Of a stretch of DNA of 64,000 bases, positions 20,522 to 31,860 are shown piece by piece. The stretch lies in contig JBLIRO010000017.1 of the NCBI GenBank assembly GCA_049472335.1, positions 1 through 64,000 of the forward strand, in the 5' to 3' direction. The notes below the pieces were generated by a model. The model ran no database searches. It had not been told where the DNA came from and saw nothing but the letters and a program-made list of their open reading frames with translations. How positions within the stretch are numbered: the stretch's first letter is position 1; each line of letters opens with the position of its first letter. Position numbers and translations under genes: made by a program. This stretch comes from a bacterium. Lineage in GTDB: Bacteria; SZUA-182; DTGQ01; JAFGSM01.

Positions 20522-22528
20522 TCAAAATTTATATACATTTGATGCGGCGTGAACAACCTTTTTCTCTGCCGGCAGATCGATTATGAAACTGGTCTGAAAA
20601 CCTTTTTGGCTGGTTACTTCAATACTTCCCTTGTGGTCTGCGATAATACCATAGCTAATGCTTAGTCCCAGACCGGTCCCTTTGCCGACCGTTTTGGTTG
20701 TAAAAAACGGATCAAAGATCTTGTCCAGGCACTCCTCATCTATTCCATTTCCGTTATCCCTGAATAGTATCCTGATGTATGGGATACCATCCTTTTCCAC
20801 GCTATTTACCTCTATTTTGATGATCTTGTTTTCGTTGGGCCTTGGATACTTTTCATTAAGTGCGTCCCTGGCATTGATTATAAGGTTTATGAAAACCTGC
20901 TCTAATTGACTGCTTTTGGCCCTGATCCTGGGCAGGTCGGGCTCATAGGAGCTTTGAATCTTAATACCGTCTCTGGCAAGGTAGCTCTTTGTAAAGGCAA
21001 TGGAGGTATCTATAATTTCCGTAATAATACAGGGATTATGTTCCTGTTTATCGGATCTTGCAAATGATAAAAGATTCTTAACGATATTTATAATCCGCTG
21101 GCCTTCTTTGAGTATCCATTGTACATAGTCAGCAGGCTCTGTGCCAGGTTTTAATTCATCCTGTAAAAGCCCAGCAAAATTTATAATGGTGTTTATCGGA
21201 TTATTGATCTCGTGCGCTATCCCTGCGGCAAGTACACCCATAGATGCCAGTCTTGAAGACTGAATCAATTGTGTCTGTGTCGATTGTAAATCCTGATAGG
21301 CCTGCTTAAGGTCATTTATAAGTTTTTGGATCTCTCTCATATCCCTTGCGACACAGACAATAGCAAGGAGATTTCCTGCCCTGTCCTTCATAACAGAGGC
21401 TGAGAGATTTATAGGTATTTCCGTTCCATCTTTTGCCTTATAGATTGTATCATAATTTCTTATGGAATCCCTTTTAAGCAGTAAATACAGATCCTCCCAT
21501 TCAAAAAAAGGGGTATCTTTTGCAAGTATTTTTCCTATATGCATCCCGATCAAATCCTCATCCGTCTCATATTTTAAGAGCCTCAAAGCTGCCTGATTTA
21601 CTGTTCTTATGGTTCCATCAGGATTTACTACGATCAGGGTGTCTATCATGCTTCCTATTATATTATCTATATATTCTTTGGCATGGATTAGATGTTCCTG
21701 ATAAGTCTTCAGGTCATCGGTCATGATGTTAAAGGACCTGGCCAATTCCCCTATTTCATCTTCAGTGAAACTATGTATATGATGGTCGAGATCTCCGTCA
21801 GTAATCCTGCGCGTGCCATTGGTGAGTTGCCTTATTGGTCTGTTGACGAATCTCAAAATGAATATACCGATAGATATCGATATGAGTAAAAAAAAGCAGA
21901 TGATAAAGAGAAAAAACCTGTTTTGTTTGGAATTTATTGTATTATATACCTTCTCTGTGGACAGAATGACATCTAATATACCCAGGACCTTTTTATCTGT
22001 CCCATGGCAGGATTGACATTCCTTTTCATTTTTAATGGGATTAACAAAACCCAAAACAGATTCACCATCTTCAGTAATGAAGAAACGGTACCGGCTTATT
22101 GTAAGCGGTTTTTGTCCCTTTACCTTGTGGCAGTCATAACAGGATTCCGCCTTTTGATCAACCTCTGTCCCCATCTCCTGCTTATTGGAGGATATTATGA
22201 TCCGGCCCTGCTCAATTATCCTTACCTTTCTCACATCTTCCTGAGCACCTATGGTCTCAAAGACTTCCTGGACTTCATTGCTTCTCACCCTCAACATATC
22301 ATTATAAGTACTCCTTTTTATGATATCACTTAACCGGGATGCCTCCTGCTTAATCTGATTGAGCATCATTTTTTTATCCGATGCATTCTCAAGATAAAAA
22401 AAGAGTTTAAGAGAGATTACGAGAATGAGACCAATCCACAAAATCAGCTTAAAGGCCAGGCTTCTTTTTGCCGATCTCAGAGGTCCGATAAGTTTAAGAA
22501 ATTTTTTGTTCATTTTATTTTTTAACAA
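20522..22528 (-). CDS. Sensor histidine kinase (periplasmic 2x CxxCH, HAMP, PAS, HisKA, HATPase)
   Basis: CYDCH and CQSCH between two TMs; [24 protein letters not shown] and [13 protein letters not shown] motifs. Confidence 0.93.
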   Translation of the reverse strand: MLKNKMNKKFLKLIGPLRSAKRSLAFKLILWIGLILVISLKLFFYLENASDKKMMLNQIKQEASRLSDIIKRSTYNDMLRVRSNEVQEVFETIGAQEDVRKVRIIEQGRIIISSNKQEMGTEVDQKAESCYDCHKVKGQKPLTISRYRFFITEDGESVLGFVNPIKNEKECQSCHGTDKKVLGILDVILSTEKVYNTINSKQNRFFLFIICFFLLISISIGIFILRFVNRPIRQLTNGTRRITDGDLDHHIHSFTEDEIGELARSFNIMTDDLKTYQEHLIHAKEYIDNIIGSMIDTLIVVNPDGTIRTVNQAALRLLKYETDEDLIGMHIGKILAKDTPFFEWEDLYLLLKRDSIRNYDTIYKAKDGTEIPINLSASVMKDRAGNLLAIVCVARDMREIQKLINDLKQAYQDLQSTQTQLIQSSRLASMGVLAAGIAHEINNPINTIINFAGLLQDELKPGTEPADYVQWILKEGQRIINIVKNLLSFARSDKQEHNPCIITEIIDTSIAFTKSYLARDGIKIQSSYEPDLPRIRAKSSQLEQVFINLIINARDALNEKYPRPNENKIIKIEVNSVEKDGIPYIRILFRDNGNGIDEECLDKIFDPFFTTKTVGKGTGLGLSISYGIIADHKGSIEVTSQKGFQTSFIIDLPAEKKVVHAASNVYKF

Positions 22529-22564
22529 TAATCAAAGCCCTTGAAAACAGTTTAGAAATAATTC

Positions 22565-22580
22565 AGCAAATACTATGCCA
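22565..22580 (-). promoter_or_regulatory. Sigma54 (-24/-12) promoter
   Basis: Minus strand TGGCATAGTATTTGCT immediately upstream of the kinase. Confidence 0.78.
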
Positions 22581-22772
22581 ATATTGTTTTTAGGATAGAT
22601 TAATCATAAGAATCAAAAAAGATTTGGATAACATAATGAGCTGAACTAATATTATGGTATATTTTAACACCGGAATTTGGTATTTTAAGGCAAAGGATAA
22701 TAGAAGATTTAAGAGATTGTGCATATAAATTATACGGTCTCAAAAACCTTGTCTATGTGATGGGAGGTAATT

Positions 22773-23969
22773 ATGAAAAAAACAGTTTTTCCCTTTTTTA
22801 TGATACTTCTGATTCTGATCTTTATCGGTTCTGCAACTGCTGATATACGTGTCTTACATATCTCCATGTCACTGGGAGAAAATGAATGGAAGGTAATGAG
22901 AGAAAAGATATTTCCACCCTTTGAGGAAAAGGAGGGGATCAGGATTGAAGCCGTCAATATTGAAGCTAAAGATACCCTTAAAAAAATCGAGGCTATGCAT
23001 AAAGCAAATAAAATGAGTATAGACCTTATGTTCATCGATAACATGAATCTTGCGCCATATGTGCAAAAAAGGCTTGTGCTGAGACTCGATAAATATAGAG
23101 ATTTGATTGACAAGGAGATTTATACGACCCTGATCAAGCCTCTTGAATTCCAGGGAAAGCTGATGTTTTTTCCCGGTAGACCGAATGTTCAGATTACCTA
23201 TTACAATACGGATATCTTTGACGGGAAAAGATATAAATTGCCTGAAACCTGGGAGGATCTGCTGGATGTCGCCAAAAAACTTAAAAAGGAGTTTAAGGTG
23301 GGCAAGGTAGCCATTCATTGTACCCTTGATGGTAATACTACCACCCAGGTGTTTGAGTTTATAAAGTCCGCCGGGGGAGATATAACCGTGCTGAACGATG
23401 AGGGATGTATAAGGGCATTTACATTTCTGCAGGAAATATATCCCTATCTAAGTCCGGACTCCAAAAAGGCAAACTGGAACACCACCAATAGGTTTCTGTC
23501 TGAAGAATCCGTTTTTCTTGCAAGGAATTGGCCTTTTGGGGTAAATGTGATTGTAAGACAGAACAAAAAGACGAATATCCTTGCCTATGATACATGGAGC
23601 GGCCCGGTTGAGAAATCAACACTAATAGGCGGTGATGTGATAGCTATAACAAAAAGATCAAAAAACAAGGATCTTGCCCTGAAGTTTGCTGAGTACCTCA
23701 TGAGCAAAGAGGTCCAGGAGATCTTTGTCGCCGAACTCGGCTGGCCACCGGTAAGAAGTGATGCAATGGCAGAGGTTCAGGAATGGCAGAAACCATTTTT
23801 TAAAGTGGTCACCAGGGCTCTTGAATATGGCCATTACAGGCCCTCCATCATGGGTTGGTCAGCCGTAGATAAGTATGTGAATCTTGCCTTCAGGGAGATC
23901 GTTATTGAAGGAAAAGACGTTAAAGAGGTTCTGGACAGATACGCCAGGGGACTCAAAGATGAGATATGA
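22773..23969 (+). CDS. CUT1 ABC transporter substrate-binding protein (copy A, cleavable signal)
   Basis: Signal ending ATA|D; PETWEDL, RNWPFG, GGDVIAI and WPPVR motifs. Confidence 0.92.
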   Translation: MKKTVFPFFMILLILIFIGSATADIRVLHISMSLGENEWKVMREKIFPPFEEKEGIRIEAVNIEAKDTLKKIEAMHKANKMSIDLMFIDNMNLAPYVQKRLVLRLDKYRDLIDKEIYTTLIKPLEFQGKLMFFPGRPNVQITYYNTDIFDGKRYKLPETWEDLLDVAKKLKKEFKVGKVAIHCTLDGNTTTQVFEFIKSAGGDITVLNDEGCIRAFTFLQEIYPYLSPDSKKANWNTTNRFLSEESVFLARNWPFGVNVIVRQNKKTNILAYDTWSGPVEKSTLIGGDVIAITKRSKNKDLALKFAEYLMSKEVQEIFVAELGWPPVRSDAMAEVQEWQKPFFKVVTRALEYGHYRPSIMGWSAVDKYVNLAFREIVIEGKDVKEVLDRYARGLKDEI

Positions 23970-23987
23970 GATTTTAGAGACAGGATA

Positions 23988-24983
23988 ATGAGATTCCTTA
24001 GAAAAAACCGGCTTGAGATTTTAATGATAACTCCTCTGTTTTTGTATATCATTGGTTTTACACTTGTTCCTGTAATGTCGAATGTCAAGGATAGCCTGAT
24101 AGACCAGAAATACGGAAGGAAATATTTAGCCCTGAGCGCCCGGATCAAGGATATCAGGTTTGATATAAAGAATACGGCTGACGAGAAAGAAAGGAAAGAA
24201 TATCTTTTTGAATTAGAGGAAGCCAGGGAAGAGCTGGCTTCATTGAAAAAAAAGGAAAGCGGATTTTCTTTAAACAACTACATAACCCTCTTCAAAAATA
24301 ACACATTCATAAAAAGCATCTTAAACACACTCGCAATCACATTAACAGGCCTTATTTTGCAACTTGTTACAGCTATGGGGCTCGCGTTATTCCTTACACA
24401 AAGATTTAAGGGCAAGGGTATTTTCAGGACAATTGTTCTAACCCCGCTCGGGATTCCGACCATAGTATCTGCAACCATAATGACCTATATCTTTAATACA
24501 AAGGGATATTTAAATGAGATCCTCTACCGTATAGGGATTATCGGGAGGGTCCCCATCGACTGGGCCCAGGGCGGATTCCTGTCTGTTCTTATGATTGCCT
24601 TTGCAGATACCTGGAAGGTGCTGCCCTTATTGGTGCTTCTTTTTATTGCGGGGCTGGAATCCATCCCGGATAGTGTGCATGAGGCCTGTCAGATAGATGG
24701 TGCGAGTCAGGTTTATAAGTTCTTTACCATAACCTTGCCGCTTCTTAAGCCGCATATCACAATTGCCCTGATCCTGAGAGCAATAGATGCCTTCAGGATT
24801 TTCGAGTTGCCTCTGATCCTTACCGGTTCGGCGACACTTCCGGTTATCTCCACTTTTACCTATTCCGAATATTCAAGGCAGAATTATAATTTATCTGCCG
24901 CAAGCGCAACCATACTAACAGCCATAATAATGATCTTTGTTTTTGGATATCTTTTTATCGCAGAGAGGGAAAGAAACGGATGA
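23988..24983 (+). CDS. CUT1 ABC permease (MalF-like, copy A)
   Basis: EAA loop EACQIDGA, ADTWK and DAFRIFE motifs. Confidence 0.93.
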   Translation: MRFLRKNRLEILMITPLFLYIIGFTLVPVMSNVKDSLIDQKYGRKYLALSARIKDIRFDIKNTADEKERKEYLFELEEAREELASLKKKESGFSLNNYITLFKNNTFIKSILNTLAITLTGLILQLVTAMGLALFLTQRFKGKGIFRTIVLTPLGIPTIVSATIMTYIFNTKGYLNEILYRIGIIGRVPIDWAQGGFLSVLMIAFADTWKVLPLLVLLFIAGLESIPDSVHEACQIDGASQVYKFFTITLPLLKPHITIALILRAIDAFRIFELPLILTGSATLPVISTFTYSEYSRQNYNLSAASATILTAIIMIFVFGYLFIAERERNG

Positions 24984-25816
24984 GCTTTTCATTCGGAGGG
25001 AAAGGACGGGCTAATAAAATCCTTATTTATTTGTCAATGGTATTGGTTTCTGTGATAATTTTTTACCCCATCCTTCTTATGATTAGAATTTCGCTTATTC
25101 AGCCCCAGAGTTTTTTTAAACCGCACAAGGACTTGCTTTGGAGTCAACAAGGATTGACTTTGGCGCACTGGAAAAATGTCTATAATTCAGGACTTTTGTG
25201 GCCTTCGCTTCTTAAGAGCCTGAGGGTCGCCAGTATTACGACAATTGTGGCTATTCTTATTGCCGCTCCGGCATCTTATGTTATTTCAAGAATCGGGAAG
25301 AAGTGGAAATATTTTTGTATAATTTCACTATTCATATCAAGGATGTTCCCTGAAGTCGGAATCGCTTTGCCTGTAAGTATTCATTTTTTGAGCTGGAACC
25401 TGATCGATACCTCTCTGGGGCTTATCCTCGCTCACCTTATCAAGGTGCTTCCCTATGTGGCCTGGATTCTTGTGGGGACCTTCGAGGTGATTCCACGCTC
25501 ACTGGAAGAGGCCTCTTTTGTTGATGGTGCGGGCAAAATCAGGACGCTGTACAGAATTATCCTTCCCCTGTCTTTGCCCGGGATTTCAGTCGCCGCCATC
25601 CTGGTATGGCTTGAATCCTGGAATGAGTTTACCTACGCGCTTTATCTGACAATTTCCAGGAATACACTTCCGCTCCAGACCTATTATTATCTGAACAGGG
25701 GGGGTGTTTTTAATTCAGCGGCTTATGCTACTATTATCACCATTCCCGTGATAATAGTCACTTTTATACTGCAAAGATATTTAAAGGCGGGTATGCTGAC
25801 AGGAGCGGTAAGATAG
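24980..25816 (+). CDS. CUT1 ABC permease (MalG-like, copy A)
   Basis: [18 protein letters not shown] and GMLTGAV motifs; 4-bp overlap with the previous gene. Confidence 0.93.
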   Translation: MSFSFGGKGRANKILIYLSMVLVSVIIFYPILLMIRISLIQPQSFFKPHKDLLWSQQGLTLAHWKNVYNSGLLWPSLLKSLRVASITTIVAILIAAPASYVISRIGKKWKYFCIISLFISRMFPEVGIALPVSIHFLSWNLIDTSLGLILAHLIKVLPYVAWILVGTFEVIPRSLEEASFVDGAGKIRTLYRIILPLSLPGISVAAILVWLESWNEFTYALYLTISRNTLPLQTYYYLNRGGVFNSAAYATIITIPVIIVTFILQRYLKAGMLTGAVR

Positions 25817-25838
25817 CAAAATAGAAGGATATGTTGAA

Positions 25839-26951
25839 ATGGCAAAAGTCTTACTGAAAGATATCAGAAAGACCTATCCCGATGGTCTTGAAGCAGTTCA
25901 TGGGATAAGCCTGGAAATAAGGGACGGCGAATTCATGGTTCTGGTGGGGCCCTCAGGCTGTTCAAAGAGCACAATACTAAGGATGATTGCCGGCCTCGAG
26001 GATATCACGGGCGGCGACATAATCATTGGCGAGAGAAGGGTTAACAATCTATCACCAGCGGACCGGAACGTTGCCATGGTATTTCAGGATTACGCGCTTT
26101 ATCCCCATATGAGTGTATTTAATAACATGGCATATGGCTTAAAAACAAGAGGATTTCCCAGGAATGAGATCAAGAAAAGGGTTGAAAGGGCCGCTGATAT
26201 TTTGGGCCTGGAAGGGGAGCTCAATAAAAAGCCGAAGGCCCTTTCCGGTGGCCAGAGACAGAGGGTGGCCGTCGGACGTGTTATTGTAAGACAGCCGCAA
26301 GTCTTCCTTTTTGACGAGCCTTTGTCGAATCTGGATGCCAAACTCAGGGTTCATATGAGGGCAGAGATTATCAAAATTCAAAAGGAATTGGGCACTACCA
26401 TGATATATGTCACCCATGATCAGGTAGAGGCCATGACAATGGGGGAGAGGATCTGTGTAATGAATGAAGGTGAAATTATGCAGGTTGACGAACCACTCAA
26501 GATATATGATAAGCCTGCGAACAGATTTGTTGCGACTTTTATAGGTTCACCCTCCATGAACATAATTCGTGGGGAAATAGTCTCGAGAGGAAAACCCCTC
26601 TTTTTTGAGTCAAAAGGGTTCAATCTCGAACTGCCTGAAGAAAAGAGGGATTTGTTGCGTTTGTATGAAAATAAGGAGATTGAAATGGGAATAAGGCCGG
26701 AGCATATCAGTTTCTCAGATTTCTCATCCAAGGAGAATAATCTGGTAACCGGAGAGGTATTTATAATAGAGCTTATGGGAAACGAGAAGATAATACATTT
26801 TCATGCCGGGGGTAAGACTCTTGTCTGCAGGACGGGACCTCATTGTAAGCTGGAAAAAGGTAAAAAGGCATCATTTAAATTCAACACCCATTTTTGTCAT
26901 TTTTTCGATGTGTTCACAAAAGAGAATATTATACCGCGTTTACAGGGTTAA
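25839..26951 (+). CDS. CUT1 ABC ATPase (MalK/UgpC-like, copy A)
   Basis: [29 protein letters not shown] and YVTHDQ motifs; TOBE tail. Confidence 0.96.
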   Translation: MAKVLLKDIRKTYPDGLEAVHGISLEIRDGEFMVLVGPSGCSKSTILRMIAGLEDITGGDIIIGERRVNNLSPADRNVAMVFQDYALYPHMSVFNNMAYGLKTRGFPRNEIKKRVERAADILGLEGELNKKPKALSGGQRQRVAVGRVIVRQPQVFLFDEPLSNLDAKLRVHMRAEIIKIQKELGTTMIYVTHDQVEAMTMGERICVMNEGEIMQVDEPLKIYDKPANRFVATFIGSPSMNIIRGEIVSRGKPLFFESKGFNLELPEEKRDLLRLYENKEIEMGIRPEHISFSDFSSKENNLVTGEVFIIELMGNEKIIHFHAGGKTLVCRTGPHCKLEKGKKASFKFNTHFCHFFDVFTKENIIPRLQG

Positions 26952-26974
26952 TACGAAAAGAAAGTGCCTAAAGT

Positions 26975-27916
26975 TCAGGAGTTTTGTATAAACTCGAGCA
27001 AAGGCTGAAAATATTCCGGCTGTTTAAGCCTGTTAATCGCCTTTTCTTCGATTTGGCGTATTCTCTCGCATGTAACTTTAAAACGTAAGCTTACCTGTTC
27101 CAATGTCATTTTTTTATTTCTTCCAATTCCGAACCTTAGCTCTATTATCTTTTTTTCCTTTTCCGGAAGCATTTTAAGGACATTTTTGATTTTTTCCGAC
27201 AGGTCCTGCTGAATAATCCTGTCTAAAGGTGATGTTAATCCTTTATCCTCAAAAAATTCTGATAAATTTAGATTGCCGGATTCATCAAGGGAGGTATAAG
27301 TAGATACAGGGTCTTTAACAGTACTTAAAAGATCCTCGATCTTTTGAAGGCTTAACTCCATTTCGGAAGCGATCTCCCCTGTCGTCGGTTCCTTTTTCAT
27401 CCCTTGTATAAGCTTCTCCTGCGTCCTTTGCATTGATTTGATCGTATCAAGAGTGTTCACAGGGATGCGGATTATTCTTGCCTTGTCGGCAATTGCACGT
27501 TTTATTGCTTGTCTGATCCACCAAATAGCATATGTGCTGAACTTACATCCCCGATGGTAATCGAATTTCTCTACGGCTCTTATCAGCCCTAAGTTCCCCT
27601 CCTGTATCAGGTCCATGAACGGGAGCCCGGAATTAATATATTTTTTGGCAATGCTAACGACAAGACGCAGGTTTGACTCTATCAGCTCTTTTTTTGCATC
27701 TTCATCCCCTTTGGCAATCTTTTTTGCAAGCTCCCTCTCCTTTTCTCTTGTTAAAAGCGGAACCTTCTTTATCTGATTCAGATAAATCCATGCCTGGGGA
27801 TAAGTTTTTGTATTTTCAAGGTCCTCTGTTTCCGTTTCTGAGAAGTTATATGATCTGTAAAATACTTCTTCCTCATATTCGTCCTTTAAATCTTCAACAT
27901 CATTATAACTATTCAT
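26975..27916 (-). CDS. Sigma70-family factor, RpoD-like but lacking region 1.1 (alternative, group 2-like)
   Basis: [48 protein letters not shown] and ERIRQIE motifs; 313 aa. Confidence 0.92.
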   Translation of the reverse strand: MNSYNDVEDLKDEYEEEVFYRSYNFSETETEDLENTKTYPQAWIYLNQIKKVPLLTREKERELAKKIAKGDEDAKKELIESNLRLVVSIAKKYINSGLPFMDLIQEGNLGLIRAVEKFDYHRGCKFSTYAIWWIRQAIKRAIADKARIIRIPVNTLDTIKSMQRTQEKLIQGMKKEPTTGEIASEMELSLQKIEDLLSTVKDPVSTYTSLDESGNLNLSEFFEDKGLTSPLDRIIQQDLSEKIKNVLKMLPEKEKKIIELRFGIGRNKKMTLEQVSLRFKVTCERIRQIEEKAINRLKQPEYFQPLLEFIQNS

Positions 27917-27966
27917 ATTTACCCATTAACCTCCGTTTAGTAATTCATTGATGAATTTGTTTAAAA

Positions 27967-28647
27967 CTAACTAACCATTTCACTCAGTGTCCATTGTATA
28001 GCGTACTTGACCAGTTCTGATGAATTTTTAAGTTTTAATTTTTTCCTTATATGAGTCCGGTAAGTTTCAATAGTTTTTATTGCCAAATACAGCTCTTGAG
28101 CTATCTGTCGATTCCTGTAGCCCTGGCCGATTAATCTCAAAATTTCTAATTCCCGGTCAGAAAGAAGCTCTATTGGAGATCCGTTTTTGTCCGATCTTTT
28201 ATCGAAATATTTACGTAATATCTTTGATGCTATCCTTTCGCTTAAATAGATCTCTTTATCTAAGACCCTATGGATAGCGGTGATTATTTTTTCATTTGCT
28301 TCTTGCTTCATTACATAACCTTTGGCCCCGGCGCGAAGGACAATTTCCGAATAGACATATTCATCATGGATAGAAAATACGAGGATTGGTAATTTGGGAT
28401 AACGTATCTTTATGTTTTTGACTAATTCAATGCCACTTTGGCCTTTAAGGGAAATATCAACAATTGCGACATCGGGCTCTAATGCTTCAATAGCCTCCAA
28501 AGCTTCATGTGCATTGCGCGCTTCACCACATATCACCAGATCTTCTTCCTGATTGACGAGGTAAGATAAACCCATACATACAATAGGATGGTCATCCACC
28601 ACAAGGACCTTTTTTGTGTCTTTATTTTCTTTTGTCTTTTGTTTCAT
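27967..28647 (-). CDS. NarL/LuxR-family response regulator
   Basis: VVDDHPIV, IVDISL..SG and LSDRELEIL..KTIETYR motifs. Confidence 0.95.
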   Translation of the reverse strand: MKQKTKENKDTKKVLVVDDHPIVCMGLSYLVNQEEDLVICGEARNAHEALEAIEALEPDVAIVDISLKGQSGIELVKNIKIRYPKLPILVFSIHDEYVYSEIVLRAGAKGYVMKQEANEKIITAIHRVLDKEIYLSERIASKILRKYFDKRSDKNGSPIELLSDRELEILRLIGQGYRNRQIAQELYLAIKTIETYRTHIRKKLKLKNSSELVKYAIQWTLSEMVS

Positions 28648-28681
28648 ATAAAACCTTTGTTTTATCTTTTATTGATATTCC

Positions 28682-29401
28682 TTAAAGTTTTAAGCCACAC
28701 TCCACAATGGTTCCTCCCTCTGGGCCCTTACTAATACTTAAAGATGCTCCGATCATTTTTGCACGGTATTTTATTATGTTAAGCCCCATACCATTTTTCG
28801 TCTCCGACACCGGAGGAAAACCTACACCATCATCCTTAATAGCTATAACCATCCTATTATTGTCCCAAGACCTTATATCAATATTGATATTCTTTGCCTT
28901 CCCATGCCTGATGGCATTATTGGTAGCTTCCTGCACAATTCGATAAAGGTGTGTGGCAACAGAATTATCATAAATAAAGACAGGGGCATGGAGGTTAATC
29001 CTGCAGGAAATACCGAAGGTCTTTTTTAAGTTTTCCACTAATTCCTGTAATGCCAATATAAAACCGTCTGATCCGAGTTTCACGGGATTTAAAATCCTCA
29101 CCAGGCTGCGCATATTAATTATTGCCTCATTAACGAGTTTTGTAATTATCGCAGCCTGGTTTGCTTCCACAACCAGTTTTTCAGCCAGTTTCTGTTCCAA
29201 CACCTTACTGATGAAAGAGATTCCTGTGAGAATCTGTCCCAGGCTGTCATGCAAATCCTGTCCAATTCTTCGCTGCTCCCTCTCACTTATCTCTACAAAC
29301 TTTCTTTCCATAGATTTGCGCTCATAAAAGTCTATAAAGACGTTAGACAACCTGTTTTGTGTTTCGATTATTTCCAAAATTTTTTCTCTCAGTATTCCCA
29401 T
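28682..29401 (-). CDS. HisKA_3 histidine kinase without sensor domain
   Basis: EQRRIGQDLHDSLGQ, YRIVQEATNNAIRH, DDGVG and GMGL motifs; only about 35 aa precede the H-box helix. Confidence 0.9.
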   Translation of the reverse strand: MGILREKILEIIETQNRLSNVFIDFYERKSMERKFVEISEREQRRIGQDLHDSLGQILTGISFISKVLEQKLAEKLVVEANQAAIITKLVNEAIINMRSLVRILNPVKLGSDGFILALQELVENLKKTFGISCRINLHAPVFIYDNSVATHLYRIVQEATNNAIRHGKAKNINIDIRSWDNNRMVIAIKDDGVGFPPVSETKNGMGLNIIKYRAKMIGASLSISKGPEGGTIVECGLKL

Positions 29402-29525
29402 TTTAATTCCCTATGCCCTGTTACAAATGCATAAATTCATGTGGACAGAATGGTCAAAGTAATGTTCTCCCCCCCTTAAGATGTGTCATACATCCATGCA
29501 GAAACCAATAAATTCCGGGCCTGTC

Positions 29526-29807
29526 TTATTCTTTTGAGCCAGGAGAAACTGTCTCAAAATATTTCTGAATGACTTTCAACTCCAGTTGATATCTCATCTT
29601 TTGATTCAAGGGGTGCGCAATGTCTATATAGTTTCCGTCCTTTGATTGTTTATTGGGCATTTGAACAAAAAGACCGTTTTTCCCACGAATTATTCTTAAA
29701 TCTCGCACGAGGAAGGCATGATCAAAAACAACAGTAGCATAAGCCATTAACTTGTCACCATCCACCCTGAAAACATTGACGTCGGTTATCACCATAAGAA
29801 TCACCAT
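29526..29807 (-). CDS. spoVG: SpoVG family protein
   Basis: ITDV..LMAYATVVFD..VRDLRII.GKNGLFVQMP...YIDIAHPL motif. Confidence 0.92.
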   Translation of the reverse strand: MVILMVITDVNVFRVDGDKLMAYATVVFDHAFLVRDLRIIRGKNGLFVQMPNKQSKDGNYIDIAHPLNQKMRYQLELKVIQKYFETVSPGSKE

Positions 29808-29987
29808 TCTTTCGTTATCCCTCTCCTGAGGGAGATGTAAAGGGTTAAAGTTGAAAAATTTATAAATAAATCAATAGCTCTTTACCTTCCCATATTTAAA
29901 AGGACTACCTAAGAATTGTATGACATAAAAATACCTCCCGGTTTGTAAATTATGCCTTAAGAATCAAAATTTCTTTTTTAGCCATTC

Positions 29988-30003
29988 TGCAAGATATGCT
30001 CCA
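29988..30003 (-). promoter_or_regulatory. Sigma54 (-24/-12) promoter
   Basis: Minus strand TGGAGCATATCTTGCA, GG-N10-GC, upstream of spoVG. Confidence 0.6.
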
Positions 30004-30164
30004 TAGATAAAAAGGTCTTTCAATATATAAATTGAAATGACACTATTACCTCAAAAAAGAAGTCCTGGTATTGTTTTTCATGTAAAAGAAATGAAAAGGT
30101 TTTGATGACTAAAAGGGTCGGAAAATTATGCTTTATGTATAAGATTTATGAATTGTGTATTTAA

Positions 30165-31025
30165 CTAATGCGGTTTTTCTGAGAGGATATAATCTATGAA
30201 ACACCTGCCTCCGACTTCAATTGGCCAGAGAAGGCCTCCTTCGTGATCGATAATCCATTCATTTGTATTGCTGTCGCCATACCCGGGTTCAATATCCGAA
30301 TTTATTTCCCTGGAATCTGAGAGCTGAATAGTGATGGAATGTTTATCAACGTTTGGAAAAAATAGATCTTGACTATACTCATCCCACACAACCCTGTCTT
30401 TGTCCTTGTCATATTGCTTTGCCCAGTAGTCTGAGCTTAAGGGTTTTGTCAACCCCGGAAAAAAGACTTCCAGAAATATTTTATGATATGTTTCAAAATC
30501 ACCATTTTCAAAATCACCATAATGTTTGAACTTCTCTTGTGAAAGCTTTACCTGAAACCTCCAAAGCCCATAGGGAAAATCTCCATAGGATGAAGGCAGA
30601 TCAATCTCTTCGGCTCCTTCAGATCTACACCCGATGAAGTAAATAATATCCTGATCCTCTATTAATTCGCAATTCGAGTTGCATTCATATAGCCAAAGTT
30701 GAAGGCTAATCGGACCCATGCCTGTGAATGAAGGCATTGTACATGTGTCCTTATCAAGGAAATCTTTTATTCCGTCCCCGTCTGTGTCCCTGTTTGGATC
30801 GCTTTCACGTTCCAGGTTGTCCGAAATTCCATCTCCGTCGGAATCGAGAGTTTGAGCCCAGGCAAGGTCATCAGGTATATTCTTTAATAGGGGTTTGTTA
30901 TTGTGAAAGAAAGGGATTAGTATTAAAACAATAAAAAGTAACGAAAAAAAATTAAAGAATAAGGCTGTCGGATTCGCTTTAAAGAATCCCGCCAAGAATA
31001 CACAAATATTTTTTAAGCCCCTCAT
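30165..31025 (-). CDS. Exported protein with DxDxDG Ca-binding repeats, choice-of-anchor-U-like domain and C-terminal CFI motif
   Basis: DSDGDGISD, DTDGDGIKDFLD and FPYGLWRF motifs; GGRCFI near the C-terminus. Confidence 0.7.
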   Translation of the reverse strand: MRGLKNICVFLAGFFKANPTALFFNFFSLLFIVLILIPFFHNNKPLLKNIPDDLAWAQTLDSDGDGISDNLERESDPNRDTDGDGIKDFLDKDTCTMPSFTGMGPISLQLWLYECNSNCELIEDQDIIYFIGCRSEGAEEIDLPSSYGDFPYGLWRFQVKLSQEKFKHYGDFENGDFETYHKIFLEVFFPGLTKPLSSDYWAKQYDKDKDRVVWDEYSQDLFFPNVDKHSITIQLSDSREINSDIEPGYGDSNTNEWIIDHEGGLLWPIEVGGRCFIDYILSEKPH

Positions 31026-31236
31026 AAAAAAAATTGTTATATTTTGGTCAAATGTTTAATTTTATTAATTAGGCAAATATCCCAATATAAATCACATATA
31101 AAATTATCTGAAAATCTATTTAGTCCTCATAATGAGTGCTATTGAAACAGTATAATACTACATCCTTTTCTGCCTGATAGTCAATACAGACCTGTAGATG
31201 ATGATTATATATGTCTCTGCAGATTATTCCCTGGAT

Positions 31237-31767
31237 TTAAATCAGCGGCAAAAGGGCCGAAATCCCTGTAAGTGCCGGGAGAACCGGAGCTGTTGTAGCC
31301 AACCTTGTCAATGTTTTTGTTTGAGTCGGTCCCGTGAGGCCTGATAAAAGAGGAAGCAGAGCAAGCGCGCTCAGGCCCAGAGCGGGAGCGGCAACTGTCG
31401 GGGCTACGGCAGTCACTGGTGCTGGAGCCACAGGGCTTATAGGAAGTACAGTCACCTGAATAATAGACAGGGTTGGATTAAAAAATATAGTTAATGTGGC
31501 TGCCGCCTGTCTGATCAGGGGTTGTGGCATCCTGATTGGGGATAACAATGAAAGAGAAGCTCTCGGCGGAGAAATTACAGAAGAAAAAGGTCCTATTGGC
31601 AGAACAGGGGGAAATATAGGAAAAGAAGGATAAAACAAACCAAAATCCGGGAAAGAAAAAAAGAAGGGATTTGGGGGTGCAAACCAGAAGGGAGCTTGAG
31701 CAAACCCAACTTCACTGATACAAACCAAAAGAAGGATAGTAATTATTAAGATTATATATCTTTTCAT
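31237..31767 (-). CDS. Secreted Pro/Phe/Ala-rich low-complexity protein
   Basis: AGGAGG RBS before ATG 31767 (ORF open from 31815); signal ending GFA; mature part nearly devoid of acidic residues. Confidence 0.8.
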   Translation of the reverse strand: MKRYIILIITILLLVCISEVGFAQAPFWFAPPNPFFFSFPDFGLFYPSFPIFPPVLPIGPFSSVISPPRASLSLLSPIRMPQPLIRQAAATLTIFFNPTLSIIQVTVLPISPVAPAPVTAVAPTVAAPALGLSALALLPLLSGLTGPTQTKTLTRLATTAPVLPALTGISALLPLI

Positions 31768-31860
31768 GATTAAACCTCCTTTGTATTTTTTTAACAATGA
31801 TATTATAAATTTCAATAATAATCAATAATAATCATAGCAAATAATCATTATATTTATTTT

